Origin: an uncultured Chloroflexia bacterium
GTDB lineage: Bacteria; Chloroflexota; UBA6077; JACCZL01
NCBI GenBank assembly: GCA_963765765.1
Contig: CAVXYC010000019.1
Location: 224,001-288,000, forward strand
Direction: 5' to 3'
Length of the DNA stretch: 64,000 nt
Shown: positions 61,651 through 64,000 of the stretch, one piece after another
Layout: every line of letters starts with the position of its first letter
How positions within the stretch are numbered: the stretch's first letter is position 1
Made by a program: the position numbers and the translations under genes
The notes under the pieces: model-generated
Told to the model about the DNA's origin: nothing
Databases searched by the model: none
Seen by the model: only the letters and a program-made list of their open reading frames with translations

Positions 61651-62896
61651 ATGTTGTTCGCGAGATCCATGGGGATCACACTTGCAAGCCTTCTTGCCGG
61701 AATGACCGTCATCCTGGCCGCGTGCAGTAGCGGTAGTTCGACGCCAGCAAAGCCGACTGCCGCTCCGGCAGCGCCGCCGACCACGGCGCCCGCTGCGAAG
61801 CCAACGGACGCGCCAAAGACCGAGGCGGCGAAGCCCGCTCCGACAACGGCAGCGGCCGCTGCGAAGCCCGCTGTGGACAATGCCAAGATTGCTGAGCAGT
61901 TCGGTGGCAAGACCATCGATCTCTATATTGGCTACGCGCCCGGCGGTGGTTACGACATTCGTGGCCGAATCTTCGCTGAGTTCTTCAGCAAGCACATGCC
62001 CGGAAATCCAAAAATGGCGATTCAGAACATGGCCGGCGGTGGTGGACTGCAAGCCACGCGTCACGTCATGCGTGCCAAGCCAGGACGGCCTGTCGATGGT
62101 CACCATTCCATCAGGGATTTTCCTCCTGGACCTCCTCGGCGAGAAGCAAGAAGGGTTCGATCGCAAGCAGCCGCTGATGTTGGGCAACTATGAGGTTGCC
62201 GCCGACGCCTATACGCCCCTCTGGGTTCGCACTGAGCTCGGCACAAGCTGGGACGAAGTGGTCAAACGCGGACAGCAGCTCAAGTACGGCGCGCCGGCCG
62301 TGGGCAACAGTCAGGCACTGGCTGGCGAATGGCTCAGCATTGTGGGCGCGCCGGTCAAGGTGGTCTACGGATACGGCGGAAGCAACGAGCTTCTCGCGGC
62401 GATGGACCGAAAAGAAGTGGACTTGATGGCGGTGGACGATCTGGCCGAGGACGTTGAAGCGTCACTGCCTCGATCCAAGCAGGCCTTCCCCGAGTGGTTC
62501 ACTACCAATCCCAAGTACATCACGCCGCTTCTGGCCACCCGAACTCCGATTCCTCAGGCTTGGGCAACTCCTTTTGGTTGGACAACCCCGCCGCAGATTC
62601 TTGACGCGGTGCAATCCACCGAGCTGCAGAAAGACGCGTACAAGCTGGCATTCGCGGTACGCGAAGCGGTCGATCCACTCTCGCTGCCACCGGGCGTGCC
62701 GGATGACGTGTTCAAAGCGCTGCAGCAGGCAATGATCGACACCTGCAATGACCCGGAATTCAAGAAGGCGATGAAGGATCGTAGCTTCGACGGTGGCTAC
62801 CGCTCCCCTGAGGAGATTCAGACAACGCTTGATAGGCTCGCTGAGTCACCGAAGGAAGTGGTGGACATCCTGCGCCGCATGTACATCGGGAATTGA
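61651..62896 (+). CDS. tctC: TTT substrate-binding lipoprotein (frameshift near 62080)
   Basis: Lipobox LAAC, IGYAPGGGYD, QNMAGGGG, YGYGG...EVD, PPGVP. Confidence 0.85.
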
Positions 62897-62999
62897 TGAA
62901 GTCATGAGTGCTGAGTTGACATTGGAGATGCGTCGACTGAGGCAGCTTGTGGAGTCAAGCGACTGCTTGCTCATCACTCATCACTCATCACTCATCACT
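62894..62999. repeat. Heptamer tandem repeat (CTCATCA)x4 with a degenerate mirror arm
   Basis: ctcatcactcatcactcatcactcatcact at 62970-62999; tgatgaagtcatgagtgctgagt at 62894-62916. Confidence 0.7.
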
Positions 63000-63018
63000 G
63001 CGACCGAGGAGGTCGCTG

Positions 63019-64000
63019 GTGCTTGAGGCTGGCCTAGACGCGGCAATGCGCTTTGGCCAGCCATGGGTCTTCGCCGGCCTCGTCTTCGGCGTTGCCTGCG
63101 GCCTGATCTCGGGCGCCCTGCCGGCGGGTGCGAATCTGCCGGTGCTCGTCGTTATGATGGGCTTCGCGTTCCAGCTTGATCCGTTCGTAGCGGTTGCCGT
63201 TGTCATCGGCAACCTGGCGGTCAACGGGACCACCGATCCCATCCCGTGCATCCTGATGGGGATTCCTGGCTCATCCGTGGCGCAAGCCACCGTGTTGGAC
63301 GGCTATCCGATGGCCCGGCGAGGCGAGGCTGGCCGGGCGCTTGCCGCGGCCTACATGGCCTCGCTCATCGGCGGGGTCATCGGCGCGATTGCGCTGTTGG
63401 CTAGTCTGCCGATCGCACGCGAGGTCCTCAAGATGTTCGGCTCGGCTGAGTTTTTCATGCTCAGCTTGTTGGGTATTGCCATCGTTGGAATCGTTAGTAG
63501 CGGCGCATTTACCAAAGGCTTGCTGGCCGCGTGCGCTTGGACTAACTCTGGCAATGGTTGGCTCGGATCCGGTCCGCGGCGTGCCACGGGCGACGTTCGG
63601 GATCGAGCATCTGTTCAACGGTATCAACATCATCCCCGTTGTTGTTGGCTTGTTCGCCATTCCAGAACTACTCAATCTGGTGATCGGTGGTACGCCCATC
63701 GCTCAAGCCGACCTGGATAAAGCGCTCAGCAATGTGAACAAGGGCCGAAAGCAGGGGATCATGGACGTGCTCCAGCACAAGTGGCTGGTCATGCGCTCTT
63801 CTCTTGTTGGCGTGTTCATAGCCATGCTGCCGGGGGTGGGTGGCTCAGCCGCGCACTGGATGGCCTATGCCCAGGCGCGCCAGACAGAGAAGAATGGCAT
63901 AAAAACGTTTGGCACGGGCGATGTGCGTGGCGTAATTGCACCTGAGAGCGCCAACAACTCAATCGATGGTGGCCATCTGATTCCGACCCTCACGTTCGGC
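63019..64000 (+). CDS. tctA: Second TTT permease (frameshifted near 63530-63580; truncated by the window end)
   Basis: GIPGSSVAQATVLDGYPMARRGEAGRAL, AEFFML; later frame GVIAPESANNS. Confidence 0.85.

Noticed and set aside
1-64000. tRNA, rRNA, tmRNA or known riboswitches
   Set aside because: None recognised by eye; an Rfam/tRNAscan run would be needed to exclude them.

Overview
High-GC bacterial window. It is probably from a Chloroflexota-like soil or sediment organism; this is inferred from the F420-type LLM/PPOX enzymes, several phthalate-dioxygenase-like Rieske subunits and lipoproteins with Pro/Ala/Thr linkers. At least 15 otherwise intact genes are split by small indels, which looks like uncorrected long-read error rather than true pseudogenization. 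Content from left to right: a RelE/ParE-type toxin-antitoxin pair; an AT-rich two-gene cassette (Pol-beta-like nucleotidyltransferase + DUF262/ParB-like protein, candidate anti-phage system); two ECF42 sigma factors and three DGPF/YCII proteins, two with matching promoters; an inositol-3-phosphate synthase fused to an N-terminal Cro-like HTH, with a 17-bp palindromic operator inside its own promoter; a decayed ISAs1; RNase Z; a divergent pair of paralogous ABC exporters that each carry an N-terminal dead metallopeptidase-like domain, one with a degenerate ATPase and a C-terminal cNMP-binding domain; a DUF433/DUF5615 TA pair; and a large aromatic-acid catabolism/uptake region (3 Rieske oxygenases, AKR, cupin, 3 TctC, 2 TctA, TctB; a related dihydrodiol-dehydrogenase-like gene lies earlier at ~22 kb). 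Several unrelated families of REP-like palindromes fill the intergenic gaps. No rRNA, tRNA or CRISPR array was seen. The three best candidates for new biology are the ABC pair (28.3-34.2 kb), the Cro-Ino1 fusion (11.4-12.9 kb) and the NTase-DUF262 cassette (0.8-2.5 kb). All family assignments are from motif recognition by eye; no database searches were run.
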